A stretch of DNA of 62,898 bases, the filler included, from Hyphochytrium catenoides (lineage: Eukaryota > Protista > Hyphochytriomycota): assembly GCA_900088475.1 (NCBI GenBank). It is 5 parts of 5 records of this genome, joined end to end, with 100 filler letters (N's around TTAATTAATTAA, not from the genome) between each part and the next. Parts side by side here need not be neighbours in the genome. Positions count along the whole stretch, not along the records: positions 1 to 8,920 come from FLMG01003389.1; positions 9,021 to 22,704 come from FLMG01003032.1; 3 more parts are not named here. The stretch is one strand, 5' to 3'. Below the pieces are notes generated by a model, which had not been told where the DNA came from, ran no database searches, and saw only the letters and a program-made list of their open reading frames with translations. Positions 1-12,877 of this stretch are shown piece by piece (the first letter of the stretch is position 1; every line of letters starts with the position of its first letter). The position numbers and the translations under genes are program-made.

Positions 1-189
1 GAGAGAGCGACAGAGAAGGAGAAATAGAAAGCGAGAGTGGAAAGTGGGACAGTGAATGAGAAAAGGCGGAGGAGAGGCGCAGGGAGAGACATAAGAGAGA
101 CGGAGAGCAACATCGAGGGAAAGAGGGAGACATAAGCGAGTGAGAGAGCGCGAGAGGCAAGAGAGGAACCGAGAGATAAGAGAGAGAGT

Positions 190-354
190 ATGGCTCAAGC
201 GTCGGCGGAGAAGCAAATCGTCTTTGTCGGCCTCGGCTGCCTTGATGTCGTGAACGTTGTGCCCTCATATCCTCCAGGTCCATACCCAACCATGCCTGCA
301 TTTGCCTTTACGGAGTCTCTCTCTGTCTCTGTCTCTCTCGTCCTTGTAGTTGTT

Positions 355-392
<38 letters not shown>

Positions 393-512
393 TCTCTTTT
401 TGTGTTCGTCTCTCTTGCATCCATTCTTCTCACCCATCAGCTTCTGCCTCTTCTCCTTTTAGGAGCATCCTCTTTGTCACTTTCATCTCTTCCAAGTATC
501 TCTTACCTTCTC

Positions 513-545
<33 letters not shown>

Positions 546-3440
546 TCTTTCTCTCTCTCTCTTCTGTCTCTTTGTCTGGCATGTCTGTCTATCTCGGCGC
601 CGTCTCGATTGCCTTCTCACCCTCCAGAGGACTCTGATAGTCGAGCTCTATCGTCAGAGAAACGAAGAGGAGGAAACGCGACGACTGCAGCTGTGAGCTA
701 CTCGCTCTTCTCTTCCTTACCCCTTCTTTCCCTCTCTCACTGTATCTCTCTAAAAGGTCTCTTCACTCTTCCTCAGTTTTGCCAGTTGCTCTCTCTCTTT
801 CTATTGGTCTCTCTCTCTCCTCTCTCACCCTATATCCTTTTTCTGTCTCTCTCTCTCTGTCGGCTATCTGTGTCTTTCTCTCAGGTGGTGAGTGCTCAAT
901 GCGGCTGTTCCACTGTCTGGCTTGGTACAGTGGCAGATGACGATGGCGGCAGGTAAGGGAGAGAAAGAAGAGATTATGAAAGAGAGAGAGAGACAGAGAG
1001 AGAGAGAGANNNNNNNNNNNNNNNNNNNNNNNNNNNNNNNNNNNNNNNNNNNNNNNNNNNNNNNNNNNNNNNNNNGAGAGAGAGAGAGGGAGAGTGAGAG
1101 AGAGGGAGGAGGACAAAGTGCCACCACTACATGAACTAGAGCTCTAAGGGGAGGCGAAGGAAGAGTCTCCTACAGAGAAAGAGGGGGAATACATATAGAT
1201 AGCAGAGAGAAAGAGAGGGCAATGGCTGGCAGGAGGAAGTGCGAGACGGTACAAATCTCAGACTGCAAGGGAGAGAAATATCCAAAGAGAGAGAAAAGTC
1301 AGAGATCGAACAGGAGAGAAATGGTAGAAAGGGGATGGGGAGAGACCAGGCGGGGGCGGCGAGTAGAATGAGCATCAGAGCTGCCAACAGAGGTTAGAAG
1401 TTAGGCTCATCAGCTTCTTCCTCTTGTTCTTTTGGCCCCCCTTCCCGGCTTTATCTGTCATTCTCTCTTGGACACTCACTCTCTCTCCTCACCTCTGTCT
1501 TCTCTCTCTCTCTCCTGCTACACCCCTTTCCACGTGGCCTCCATCCTGCCTCTCTCGCCTGCACTCTCTCTTCTCCTTTTGCTCTTTCTTCACCTGCCAT
1601 CCCGTGTGGAATCTGTGTAGCTTTATACTGAAGGACCTCGATCACGCTGGAGTGGACCATTCTCTGGTCACAGTGCTCAAGGGGGCGAAAAGCCCGACTT
1701 CGGTGAGAAGAGAGCTAGAGACAGAGAAAATGGAGACGACAGAGAACAAAGAGAGAGAGAGAGCGGAAGAGAGAGAGAGAGAAAGAACGAGATCAACCAA
1801 AGCAATGAAGTTCTGCAGTTACCACTTCCTTCTTCGTGTCGCTTCTTGTGAGACTGAGGTCTTCAAATGGCTGTCTTCTCTCTCTTCCGTGTGGTCGACC
1901 GTTGAGTCTTGGCCGTGTGTTTCCCTTTCTTTTCACTTTCCTCTTTCTTTCTCACTCACACTTTGTTTCGCTTTTCTCTCCCTCTTTCTTCTCTCTCTGT
2001 TCTTCTCTTTAGTATATCCTCCTCTCTCAGTCTTCCGGCAGCCGGACCATCGTACATCATTCAGACCTCCCAGAGCTCTCTCTGGAAAGATTCCAAGAAG
2101 CTCTGGCCCAGCATGGTGAGAGAGAAAGACAGCGATCTCTGCCGTCTTCTCTTCTACCCTATCGGTACTTGTCAAGCCTTCCCCTCTGTCTCTCTCCTCC
2201 CACTTCTTACCTCTCTCTCTCTCTCTTGCCCATCTCTTATTAAATATTGAATAGGACATGCTTCCGATCTTTCGTGTTCTCTCTCTCTCTCTCTCTCTCT
2301 CTTTGCAAATTTTTAACATATAGATCATGCTCTGTCTGATTCTATCTGCTAGGGCACAAATGGGCTTGGGTCCACTTTGAAGGAAGAAATCTTGGAGTTG
2401 TCCCAAGCATGATGCAGAGCTTAGAGAGAGAGAATGAAAGAAGAAAAGCTCACTCTCCTCCTCTCTCTCCAGTGCTCTACTCCTTTGAGCTAGAGAAGCC
2501 GCGCCATCCTTGGAGCGAGGTCAAACGGTAGGTGGAGATCGACAGGAACATGAGAGAGAAAGAGAGAGAGAAAGATTGATTAGAGCTCGTCGCGGCTGGT
2601 CTTCGTGTTAGGGTGGAGTGAGAGAGGAAAGAGAGTGCGAAGCGGACAGGTAGTGAGGGATGCTCTGGAGGGCTTAACCGCCCTAGAGATATCTCCACCT
2701 TTGCTTCTCATCGCACCGCCTTCTCTCCCTCTCGCTTCTTTGATCGTCCTCTGATCATGTCTGATGTCTCTCTCTCTCTCTGCGTCACGCAACCATAAAG
2801 AATAGTGGAACTGAGCCCCGTGACGTTCATCTCTAAAGACTACGCGTTGAGTCTGGAGTGTGACGATCCCTCTTCCCTTCTCCATCTCATGATAGACGAA
2901 CTTGACATCCGGTAAGAGAGAAATGGAATGGACGAGGGGAAGGGAGGCCGAGCGACCAGGAGGAAGAAGGCGACAGAGGAGCTGGAGGAGGCAGAGAACG
3001 AAAGAGAGAGAGAGAGAAAGAATGTTGCCAACAGGAGGAGAAGCACTTCTATAATAATACTATGGAGCGGGCCGACTATGATTTTTGACTGACTGGCTTT
3101 TCTCTCGTCTAGTTCGAAGAAGCTCATCATCACTCCCTGGGGAGAGAAAGGTGCCTTTGCGGCGGAGTACACGGCAAGAGCGCGCGAAAGAGAGGATCAA
3201 GAGACAACAGAGATCGAGAGAGAGGTGCGTATGTCCACCTTTTATGCAGAAGCTTCTCCTCCTGCCGGTGGCGTGGTAGATTCTGTGGGCGCTGGAGACA
3301 CCTTCGTAGGTGCTGTGGTGGCCTCTCTCTCTCGTGGCAGAAGTGTGACGGACGCCATAGAGATGGGCTGCAGACTGGCGGGCAGAAAGGTTGGACAGTA
3401 CGGCTTTGGTGGGCTTGTCTCCCCAGGGGAGAGACTCTAG
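190..3440 (+). CDS. KHK: Ketohexokinase-like PfkB/ribokinase-family sugar kinase (~8 exons)
   Basis: Hand-spliced exons with GT-AG borders: IVFVGLGCLDVVNVVPSYPP|EDSDSRALSSEKRRGGNATTAA|VVSAQCGCSTVWLGTVADDDGGR|FILKDLDHAGVD..|YILLSQSSGSRTIVHHSDLPEL..|..WVHFEGRN..SFELEKPR..|..TFISKDYA..|..TPWGEKGA..VVDSVGAGDTFVGA. WxHxEGRN and ExEKPR are ketohexokinase-type motifs; DxxGAGD is the PfkB signature. Confidence 0.9.
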
Positions 3441-4564
3441 CTACCGAGGGATATAGGACCAGACACCACAGTCCAAAGACATGAAACAGCGGGCTTACAG
3501 GCCAAGCGGACAGTCTCTGCGAGTATGGGCATCCTTCCTCTTTGCTATCCTCAGTAATACGGATCCTCTACGCCAGAAGACATGAAGTCGATATCTATGT
3601 TTGACTTTCTTGGTCCTTTCTTACGCATAGAACCAGAGATTTCATGCAGTTCAGGGGGCAAGAACGGAGGAGACGATAGATTCTCGCTCATGACAAAGCT
3701 AAGAGAGCAGGACAATGGCCAGCCATATGTGTAGAGCTTCTCCTACTTCTTCTACCTAAATGCATCTGCTTGACGGAGGTGGCACCATGGCTAACTGTTT
3801 CCTTGAATGGCTTTTATTGCTCTCGACTGCCCTCCTACAACTCTCTCTTTCACCGATTGCGGGCAGGAGGATCTGACTCAAGACGCTACCGCCTCAGACT
3901 CTCCCTCCGCGATGACCTACGATCTGGAAGAGCTGTCAGTCATTGAGCTCTTCCTTCTGATGACAGTCTATCACATCCGTTGCTGGACTGAAGATCTCTC
4001 TTTCTGTCTGCGGCTGGAGGAGCAGCGCCGAAGATCTGAAGATTTTGGAACAGAATGAATCTTCTTCCTCATTTTCTCACAACCCCCAGGAGAAATCATT
4101 CCCTCAGTCAGATTCTGGATAAAAAGGAAAGTTGAGGTTCTTACTGTTCTAGACTTGAACTCCGCTATTCTGTTGCAAATCTCGCGAGCTAGGTTAATGC
4201 TTAATTCACAACAAGTAGTCTACTGATACCTGGGTCATAGTTATGATTAAGCGGACCTCTTCCCGTTCTCTATCTAAGTAGCTACAGTATTATTACAGTA
4301 CAGCACGGAGGATGTGGGAAAGGAAAAGTTGGTCATAACCTTCTAGATTAGGAATCCACCCCATATGTGGCTTTCTATCAGGAATAGTGAGGGCGTGGAT
4401 GTGGAAGGTGAATCTCTGGCTGGGGTGGGCGCCGCGCTTTGGCTGCCGTTCGTTCCTCAGCGCTAATCCGCCACCCTTTCTGAAGCTCCAGACACACATT
4501 TCTAGAGATCTTCATAGCTCATCCTGTCCGATAGCAACCCACCACCCCTTCTCTGTCTGTCAAG

Positions 4565-5343
4565 ATGCTCGTTTACACTGATATCTTCTCCAATGATGAG
4601 GTCATCTCTGACTCATTTAAGCATGCTGAGGTCAAGGACAGCGAGGGCAACGTGATCCCTGGTCTTTTTGAGGTACGGAACTCCAGCGTCCGCTTGGACG
4701 TCGTATTTCAACTTAGCTGGCTCTGGCTGTGAATCCTTCTAGCTTCGTCTGCTTAGTATACTTACATGAATTCTCTTGTCGTCGCCACTACTGCTGTGCT
4801 GATCTTCAACCCTAATGTAGGTTGAGTCCAAGATTGTCAACAAGGGTGGGGACAACATTGATATTGGTTGCGGTGATGCTTTCGGCGGCGCTGAAGAAGC
4901 CGTAGATGACAGCGTTGAGAAGGTTAACAACATCATTGATGAGGTTCTTGGCTTCGGCTACATCCCTCTCAGCTACTCTAGCAAGACTGAGTTGAAGGAG
5001 GTAAGACATAAACACGTAGCATGTGCGGTTGGGCACGCGGATTGATGTTCTTCTTACGTTGAATCTTCTTTCGTTCTGCTCTCTGCAGTACCTCAAGGCT
5101 TACTTCCAGAAGATCAGAAAGCACATGAAGGATGCTGGCAAGCCTCAGGAGGAGATCAAGAAGTTCATGGGCGAGGCAGCAGAGATCGTCAAGTATCTTC
5201 TCTCTATGTACAAGGAGTTCGAAATCTACATGTTCAGGAGCATGAACGCTGAGGCAGGACACGCCTTCGCCTACTACAAGGAGAACGCTCTGGCTCCTAC
5301 CTTCATCTATATCAGACACGGCCTCAAGGAGGTCAAGTTCTAA
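4565..5343 (+). CDS. TCTP: Translationally controlled tumor protein (3 exons: 4565-4672, 4821-5000, 5089-5343)
   Basis: MLVYTDIFSNDEVISDSF..LFE|VESKIV..VEKVNNII..|YLKAYFQK..AYYKE..PTFIYIRHGLKEVKF*; classic TCTP termini; two phase-0 GT-AG introns. Confidence 0.95.
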
Positions 5344-6133
5344 ACTAACTGATAGCAGGAAAGTAGGGAAAAGTAAAAGCAAAAGAGTTAATCAATTTAT
5401 TGTTCACCCATAGCGGCTCCCGCAGTGTCCCTCTTGTCCCGGTCGCGCGCTCTCTCTCTCCTGCCCTTTCCTTTTACTGGCTATGACCTCCACAATCTCT
5501 TCTCTATACATTCTGCCGACCTGCCTTGTCATTGACCCCATACTTCATCGTCTGTACGGNNNNNNNNNNNNNNNNNNNNNNNNNNNNNNNNNNNNNNNNN
5601 NNNNNNNNNNNNNNNNNNNNNNNNNNNNNNNNNNNNNNNNNNNNNNNNNNNNNNNNNNNNNNNTGCTCTGTAGGCCGAACAACGATCAACTGTCTAGTAG
5701 TTCTCTATACCATGTACGGAACTCTCTCCCGTTTCGGCCTTCACTTTCTGCTAGCAGAACTCTTCAAGGCAACCTCTTTAAAGTCCATAATAGCCATGGA
5801 GGGTGCCCTGGCGAAGCTTAGATAAATAGAGCGAGATGGTGTGTTCGTTCCTTCTCCCTTGTTGACCAAAGGTCAACTGGCATAGATCTGGCTTCTCCTT
5901 CAGCACCCTAACTGTGGTCTCTGGCGTTGTTCTCCATAGGGTAGGATGATATAGGAATTGATAGATTGCCGTTCAGCGATTCTCCGAGAGAGAGGGTAAG
6001 AAGAGTAAAGGCAGGGCTGAAAGAGAGTAAAAAGACGGAGGAAGAGAGAGAAGAGAGAACTGGAAGGCTCTCTCAGCTCTTTGCTTCCTGAAAGCAGTCT
6101 GCTCATTGCTAGCCACTTCCGCACTCATCCCTC

Positions 6134-8742
6134 TTACTTTTCACTCAGAACCTTGATCATTCTGGGCACGATCTCTGCTCTAAACGGCCCCGGACCAGGG
6201 AGAACCTCTCCGTCGATGTTCAGAGCATCTTTCGGGTCCTTGGGCTGCAGCATTATCGCCTTCACCTTGATATAGTCATAGAGAGGGCTCTTATCCTCCT
6301 TTCCTAGAAGATAGAGAATCCCCTGATGAAGAGAGGCAATTAACCCTCCCTTTCTTGCCAGAATAAGGTCCATCATTCCGTCTGAAGGGTTGGTGTACTT
6401 CCCATCGGGGACTGTGTCCAGACAGGCGATCGCGGCATAAGAACCCTCTTCAGAGCACCACTGTTCCGGAGGATAGCGCTCTACGTCCGCTGGGTCTTTC
6501 AGGGCAGCTTCTCGCTCTTTCATTAGAGCTTCCCTCTGTTTTACTTTCTCTGATAGGTCTCCATCTCCCATCGGACTTCCGTCTCCTTCTGCGAAGGAAG
6601 ATCCTCGTGTGCCGCCGTACACCGAGCCTTCTTCTGCGTCATACTGGTCGTCTGAGGGTAGAGATGATGCGATCAGAAATGTTAACTTTCATAGTGTCTC
6701 TGAGTTCTCACCGCTCTAGCCTGGCTATCTCACCCTAATGTTCTTTTGCTGTTTCTTCTCTCACTTTAACCGTGTTGCTCTGTCCCCTAACAGTTCAAGC
6801 CCCGCTGACTCTAAGAGTCCTTCTTCACGGTGAGGTTCGCTACATCCTCGCCTTTCACCACTTTCTTTTGGATCATTCCCCAAGTCTTACCTGCAATGGC
6901 ATTATCATCCCTGATATCAAAGTAAGACCTCAGTACAGGCTGGGGGCGGACCGGGACATACTTAATGATTGCTTTATGTTCTCTGTTGATGAGGAACCAC
7001 TTCACACTAAGGTAACCATAGCGAAGAGTTCCCAACCATCGATGACTCTCTGACTCCTGAGCTACGTCTCCAGGTAGTCCCCAGGCAACAGCGCTGATGG
7101 CATAATGCACCTTTCCACCCAGTTGGTTGGTGACAGCAAGCATGTCCACTGGACGCTGTAAGAGGATAGGCGCAGAGAAGAGAGAGTCGCGTACGTGAGA
7201 GTGGGAAACCATGAGGAAGAGGGCAAGATGAGAAAAAAATCGAGGCAAGGAGCTAAGAAATCTGGACTGAGTGGAGTTAATCTTTTCCGCCATCAATAGA
7301 AGTGTAAGAGGAACCGAGCAAAAGCAAGGCACGCTGACTTCCGAGACAAGGCATCAACCCTCATCCGCATTAGCTACCGCTACCGCCAATCGAAGGTACA
7401 GCCAGGGAATAAATTACCTGTTTTCGCTTGATGAGTGAGTACATCGCTGCATGAGGCGTCGGAATGCCAACACCTGTTATATGTACGGTAAGGACGCAGG
7501 GAAGAGCTTGAGCAGAGAGAATAGAGAACAGAGGTTGACACATAGCAAGATGGCATGGGTCGGTAAGGGGAAAACTGACAGATAGCATGGTCGTAAAGTC
7601 TAGCCAACTGGCCCAGCCTGGACTAAAGGCCATGGAAGACGAGGAGACGTGATCCACAGACAAAGAGAAGGAGATGAAGATGGATCCTCACGGAGGAAGA
7701 TATGAAGAGAAGCAACCAGAACTGATGTGTGACAAGAGCGTCACGTGAGAGCGATAAGAGATAGAGAGAGCACTTCGTCTGTCTCAGGCGCGGTCGTACC
7801 TACTGCAAAGCCGTTCTGTGTACCTGCTGAGACGAGAGAGAAGTAAGTCTTGTCTAATATCTCGGACCACTCCTCTTTTGGGCGCGAGAGGAGCCCATTC
7901 AGAAACTCAAAAATGGTCCCATCACCGCTGACAAATAGGAAAGACTCATAACCGCTGTGAGGATTATAAGCTTTTCCCATATCTATGGCATGACCGCTGT
8001 ACGATGTCTCCTGCACGTCGTGGACGATGTCACAAAGGTCTAAGAGAGGCTTAACTTCTCTCTCATAAACCTTTCTCCCTCTCCGCTTCCCTGAATGTGG
8101 ATTAACGACGACGAGGATCTTTCTCTTCTCTTGAAGAGGAACTCTGGCTTGCCACTTGACGAGAAGCTTCACTCGCTTCACCCAGAGCTCAGACAGAGCT
8201 GCATCTTGGGCCCTGAAGGGGTACCACTTGGGCTTCCTGTTCAGCACTTTCTGCCCTCTTCCTTTCCCTCTATGATAGCAGAGAATGCGGAATTTGCAGG
8301 GTTCGCGAGGGTCTTGGACCGCAGATATAATATCATCAGTGAGGATCTCGCCTAGGGGAGGACCAGAGGCAGGCGCGAGAGGAGCAAGAAGGAGATGGAG
8401 AGCAAGAGGAGAGGGGGATGAAAAACAGAGAGGACAGATGCAGTGGGATCCGTCAGCTTGAGAAAGGGGAGAGTTGGGAAAAGGCTCAACGCCCTCGCCA
8501 TCGAAGAAGAGAAGAGCAAGAAAGCGAAGTGGCGGACCGGCGGCTAAATGAGCTGAGATGGCCGAGCCGTGAAAGAGGAGGGCAGAAAGGACCATCCTTG
8601 CAAGACAATCTGGAGAAGAAGGTAGCTCAAGACAGAGAGACCAAAGGCTTGGAATGGCACGCAGGGTCATTTGCAAGAAAGAGGAAGAACAGTTAGTATG
8701 GGAGGCGGCCGAGATGCGAGAGAAACGAGAGAGAGAGGGAGA

Positions 8743-8779
<37 letters not shown>

Positions 8780-8920
8780 GTCTCGACTGAGGAGGATCAG
8801 GGCAGAATCAGAAACGTCTCTATGTCAGAAGAAAGACCTCTACCTAGTAAATATCTCGTCTGATGGGGTTTGGTCCAGGTGAGATAGTCTCTCCCCAGCT
8901 GCACGGCCACTCTCTTCCTT
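6134..8920 (-). CDS. Sphingosine/ceramide kinase-like protein (DAG-kinase catalytic domain with an N-terminal PH-like region); 5' end cut by the contig join
   Basis: Motifs ILVVVNPHSGKRRG, VSGDGTIFEFLNGL, AGTQNGFA, AWGLPGDVAQESESHRWLGTLRY, DGMMDLI and LNIDGE, spread over about 5 exons with GT-AG borders. Confidence 0.88.
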
Positions 8921-9020
8921 NNNNNNNNNNNNNNNNNNNNNNNNNNNNNNNNNNNNNNNNNNNNTTAATTAATTAANNNNNNNNNNNNNNNNNNNNNNNN
9001 NNNNNNNNNNNNNNNNNNNN
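8921..9020. other. Artificial contig-join linker (N44-TTAATTAATTAA-N44)
   Basis: Exactly 100 nt; the 12-mer gives stops in all six frames; the same construct occurs four times. Confidence 0.95.
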
Positions 9021-9364
9021 GAGAGAGAGAGGAAGCCAGTGGCCACTGTCAATCTTCCTTTTCTTGCTTTGTCTTTCAAGAGCCGCTGATGATGTCAGAA
9101 CGGAAGAGTACAATTGGAAGCGAGCAGCTGAGAGACTCTCAGAAGAGAGACCCCAGACAAGCATCAAAGTACAGCTGCTACTGAAACACAAGAGAGAAGA
9201 GCAAGCAGAGAGAGAGAGGGAGGAGAAAGAAAAGAAGAGAGAAAAAAAGAGGAAGTGAGAGATGGCGTTCATAGAGGGAAGAGATAGAGGCGATACAGAC
9301 AGAAGAGGCGAGAGAGAGAGAGAGAGAAAGATAGAGAGACAGAGACAGAGACAGAAAGAGAAAA

Positions 9365-9408
<44 letters not shown>

Positions 9409-10429
9409 GAGAAGGAGAGACATGTTTCTTCAAGAAGCGTCGTGATGGGGGAAGACTGGAGGGCGGTTAAGGCTCAGGTTGGTTTGACCACTCACAAAAG
9501 CTCTCCAAAGGTCAGGTGAAAACCTTCCAGTCTAAATTTCTAGATTTACTATGATTTACACCCAGGATTAGAACGACTTGCTCCCAGTTCCTTGTCATAT
9601 CCTTCTGCCTCCCGCATTGGACCGGCGAATCATAAGGCACTTGAAGCATTTTGAACAGCCTCCTGGCCTCTGATTGGCTGGATGTTTGCTGAGGTCATGA
9701 TGGACAACCAGTCATCGTGGACCCGCCCAAACCTCCGCCTGGCATATTTCGACAGACGTCTCTACAGTTTGGCATAGTAAAATATAGTGATTGCCGACCG
9801 TCCAACAAAATGAGTGATAGCGTCGTATTGCTGAGATGTAAGAAGGCAGACCAGTGACCTGGCAGGGCCGACAAGACACAAATAAGAGGGCACCTTTTTG
9901 GATCGATTAGCCCAATGTTTAGAGGTAACAGAATTAGTGCGCACTTGAAAGATGTACTATCAAAGAATTAGCACTTAAAATCCCGCAGAGCGCACATTAG
10001 GTGGGCTTGTCTTTAGTAATCTAAAAAGGTTTTGTGTGATAATCGTACCTAAGGACAAGTTGCAGTTGGAGAGAAAGATCTTTCTTTTCTTTGTGGATTC
10101 GCAAGAAGATCCGGAAAGCTCCAGCTGAAGAAATCTGCCCATCTGATCCGTCTCTTTCCTTCTCTCTCTCTCTTTCTCTCTCTCGCTCTCTCCTCTCTTG
10201 GTCTCCCTTTGCCCAAGCACGCTTTCTCTCTCTCTCTACCAGTGCTGCAAAAGCAGTCCTCTGCCTGGATTCTGCAAGAAGTAAGGACCAACTTCTCAAG
10301 CTTCAGTCGTTGTCTAACGTTCGTTTCGTTTCGGTTCAGGACCGTTGATCTCCCTTCTCTCTCTCGCCCTCTCTCTCTCTCTGTCTCTCCTCTTCCCCCT
10401 CTTCACTCTTGCTCCTTTCTCTTAGCACA

Positions 10430-12296
10430 ATGTGGTGGCAATCTGGTGATGACACTGGCTCCAATGACCTGACTCTTGGTCAAAAGATAGATATGGGGAG
10501 GATCCGAAGAAGACAGCTTCTTTCCCCTACCTCTGTCAACCGTGTCTTCCAAGGCGTGCTCTCTCTCCTGTTGCTGGTTGCAGTCTCTTGCGTTGCCTTG
10601 CAATATTGGTCCAATCCCCCTCTTTCTCAGAAGGAAAGAGAAAGTTTTCACGGAGAGACATCTCTTCAAGCTGTCTCTCTCACAAGTACGAGACAACGTG
10701 ATGGACTCAGTGCGGTCTGGGGGAAGAGACAAGAAGAGAAGATCGCGATTGCGCCGTTTGTTCAAGAGTCATCTTCCTCTCTCGTGGTCTCCAGCCAACA
10801 AAGTGAGAAGGAAGATGGTCCTCCGCAATTGACAGCGGACGTGGAAGAAGAGAGAGAGACACCGGTCACGCTCGCGGCCAACAAACCTTTCGGGAAAGAA
10901 AGAAATAGAGAGAAAGAGGAAAAAGCTCTTTCTCTTTCCTATGATGAGGCTGAAAAGATCTTTCGAAATATTCCTTCGGCCTCTCGAAGCTATGAGCACC
11001 TCGCTGTCCTCACCTCTCTCCCTCACATCGCCGGGACCCCTGAAGACTATGAAACTGCAAAGTTCGTGCAGCGAAGCTTTGAATCTTTCGGGCTAGAGAG
11101 CCACATGACGGTGCACACGGTGCTGATGTCTTATCCTCTCAACAGCTCCATTGAACTCCTCTCTCCCCACAAGTACACGGCTCACAACCAGGAGGTGAGG
11201 ATGAAGTCTCTCTCTCTCTTTCTCTCTCTCTTNNNNNNNNNNNNNNNNNNNNNNNNNNNNNNNNNNNNNNNNNNNNNNNNNNNNNNNNNNNNNNNNNNNN
11301 NNNNNNNNNNNNNNNNNNNNNNNNNNNNNNNNNNNNNNTCTCTCTCTCTCTCTCTCCCCCTCTCTACTTTTCTCGGGCTCTTTGTTTCTCTCTCTCTATC
11401 TCTCCGTGTTGCCGTTTGGGAGTCTATCTCATGGTGGTCTCTCCCATTTCTGGCACCTTCCTTGACTGCCTGCTACGAGCGCTAATTTCTTGTTTCTCTT
11501 CCGATCTGCGTTTTCTCTCTCTGGCTGTCTCTGTCTCTCTCTTCTTTCCCCCTCTCCACTTCTTCTAGAGGTTCCTGCCTGAGGACCTCACTTCAGGAGA
11601 CGACCGCAGCTATACCACTAAACCTTACAACTGCTACAGCGGCAACGGTGATGTCACAGGTATGTCGAAGTTTGTATCTTCTCTCTCTCTTTCTCTCTCC
11701 CTCTTGCCTTATATATGGAAAATACGTCTCCGTCTGCCCACATTCTGTGCTCTTCTCCCTCTCTCCTCTTCCTTTCTTCATTTTGTCTCTCTCTCTCTTC
11801 CTCTTCTCTCTTTCTCTCTCTCTCTCTCTCTTACGTTCTCTCTCTTGTTCTCTCTCTAACGCTGCTCTCTGCAGCCGAGTTAGTCTATGCAAACTATGGT
11901 CTCGAGGAAGATTTCTCTCTCTTGGAGCAGTTAGGAGTCAATGTCTCGGGAAAGATCGTGATTTTCCGTTATGGCGCGACCTTCCGTGGGAACAAGGCGT
12001 GGCAGGCGCAGAGAAGAGGAGCTGCGGGAGTGCTCATCTACTCGGATCCTCTGGATGACGGCTATAGCAGGGGAAAAGTCTATCCGGAGGGGCCCTGGAG
12101 ACCTGAGTGAGTCCTCTTGTTTCTTCTCTCTCTCTCTCTCTCCTTGGTTTTTGTAGTGGGTCTCTCTTGCTCTCACGCTAAGATTTAAGCCTTTCGTTCG
12201 GGAACTTGTCCCCCCCTCGCTCTCTCTCGCTCTCTCTCTCTCTCCCTTCGCACTAATCCACTTCAGAAGCTGCTTTGCTATCCTATAGTTCCCTTG

Positions 12297-12344
<48 letters not shown>

Positions 12345-12655
12345 CTCTCTCTCTCGCTCTCTCTCCTCGCTCTCTCGCTCTCTCCTCGCTCTCTCTCTCT
12401 CGCTCCTCGCTCTCTCTCTGTTTCTCTCCTCTCTCTCTCCTCTCTTTCCCGCTCTTCATTCTCTGTCTCTGTCTCTCTTCCTCTCTCTCTTGTGCTCAAC
12501 TATTCTCTTCTCCTGTCCGTTCTTCTCTTTCTGTGCAGTCACAGTGTTCAGCGCGGTGGCGTCGGGTTCCCTTCAATCTGTGAGGGAAGTCCTGACGAGT
12601 CCCGCCTGGGAGTTTGCGGAGTGAACAGCGTCTATGACCTTAGGCCAAAGTATAG

Positions 12656-12700
<45 letters not shown>

Positions 12701-12846
12701 CTCCCCCTATTTCTCTGGGTATGTTGGTGACCCTTTCGTCTCCTGATGTCCTCCTCTCCTTTTTTTAGCACAACTCTCTGACAACTCCAATGTGCTATAG
12801 GAATCCCCTTTCCGGTGTTTCTCTCTTGTTTTGTCACTATTCCGCG

Positions 12847-12877
<31 letters not shown>

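Noticed and set aside
3910-3991. Hairpin ggaagagct/agctcttcc with TGATGA and CTGA boxes (C/D snoRNA- or SECIS-like)
   Set aside because: Box spacing is non-canonical, no rRNA guide is recognisable, and there is no adjacent selenoprotein; compatible with chance.
8965-8976. Palindromic TTAATTAATTAA as a regulatory or transposon target site
   Set aside because: Always centred in an exact 100-nt N spacer; a synthetic six-frame-stop linker.
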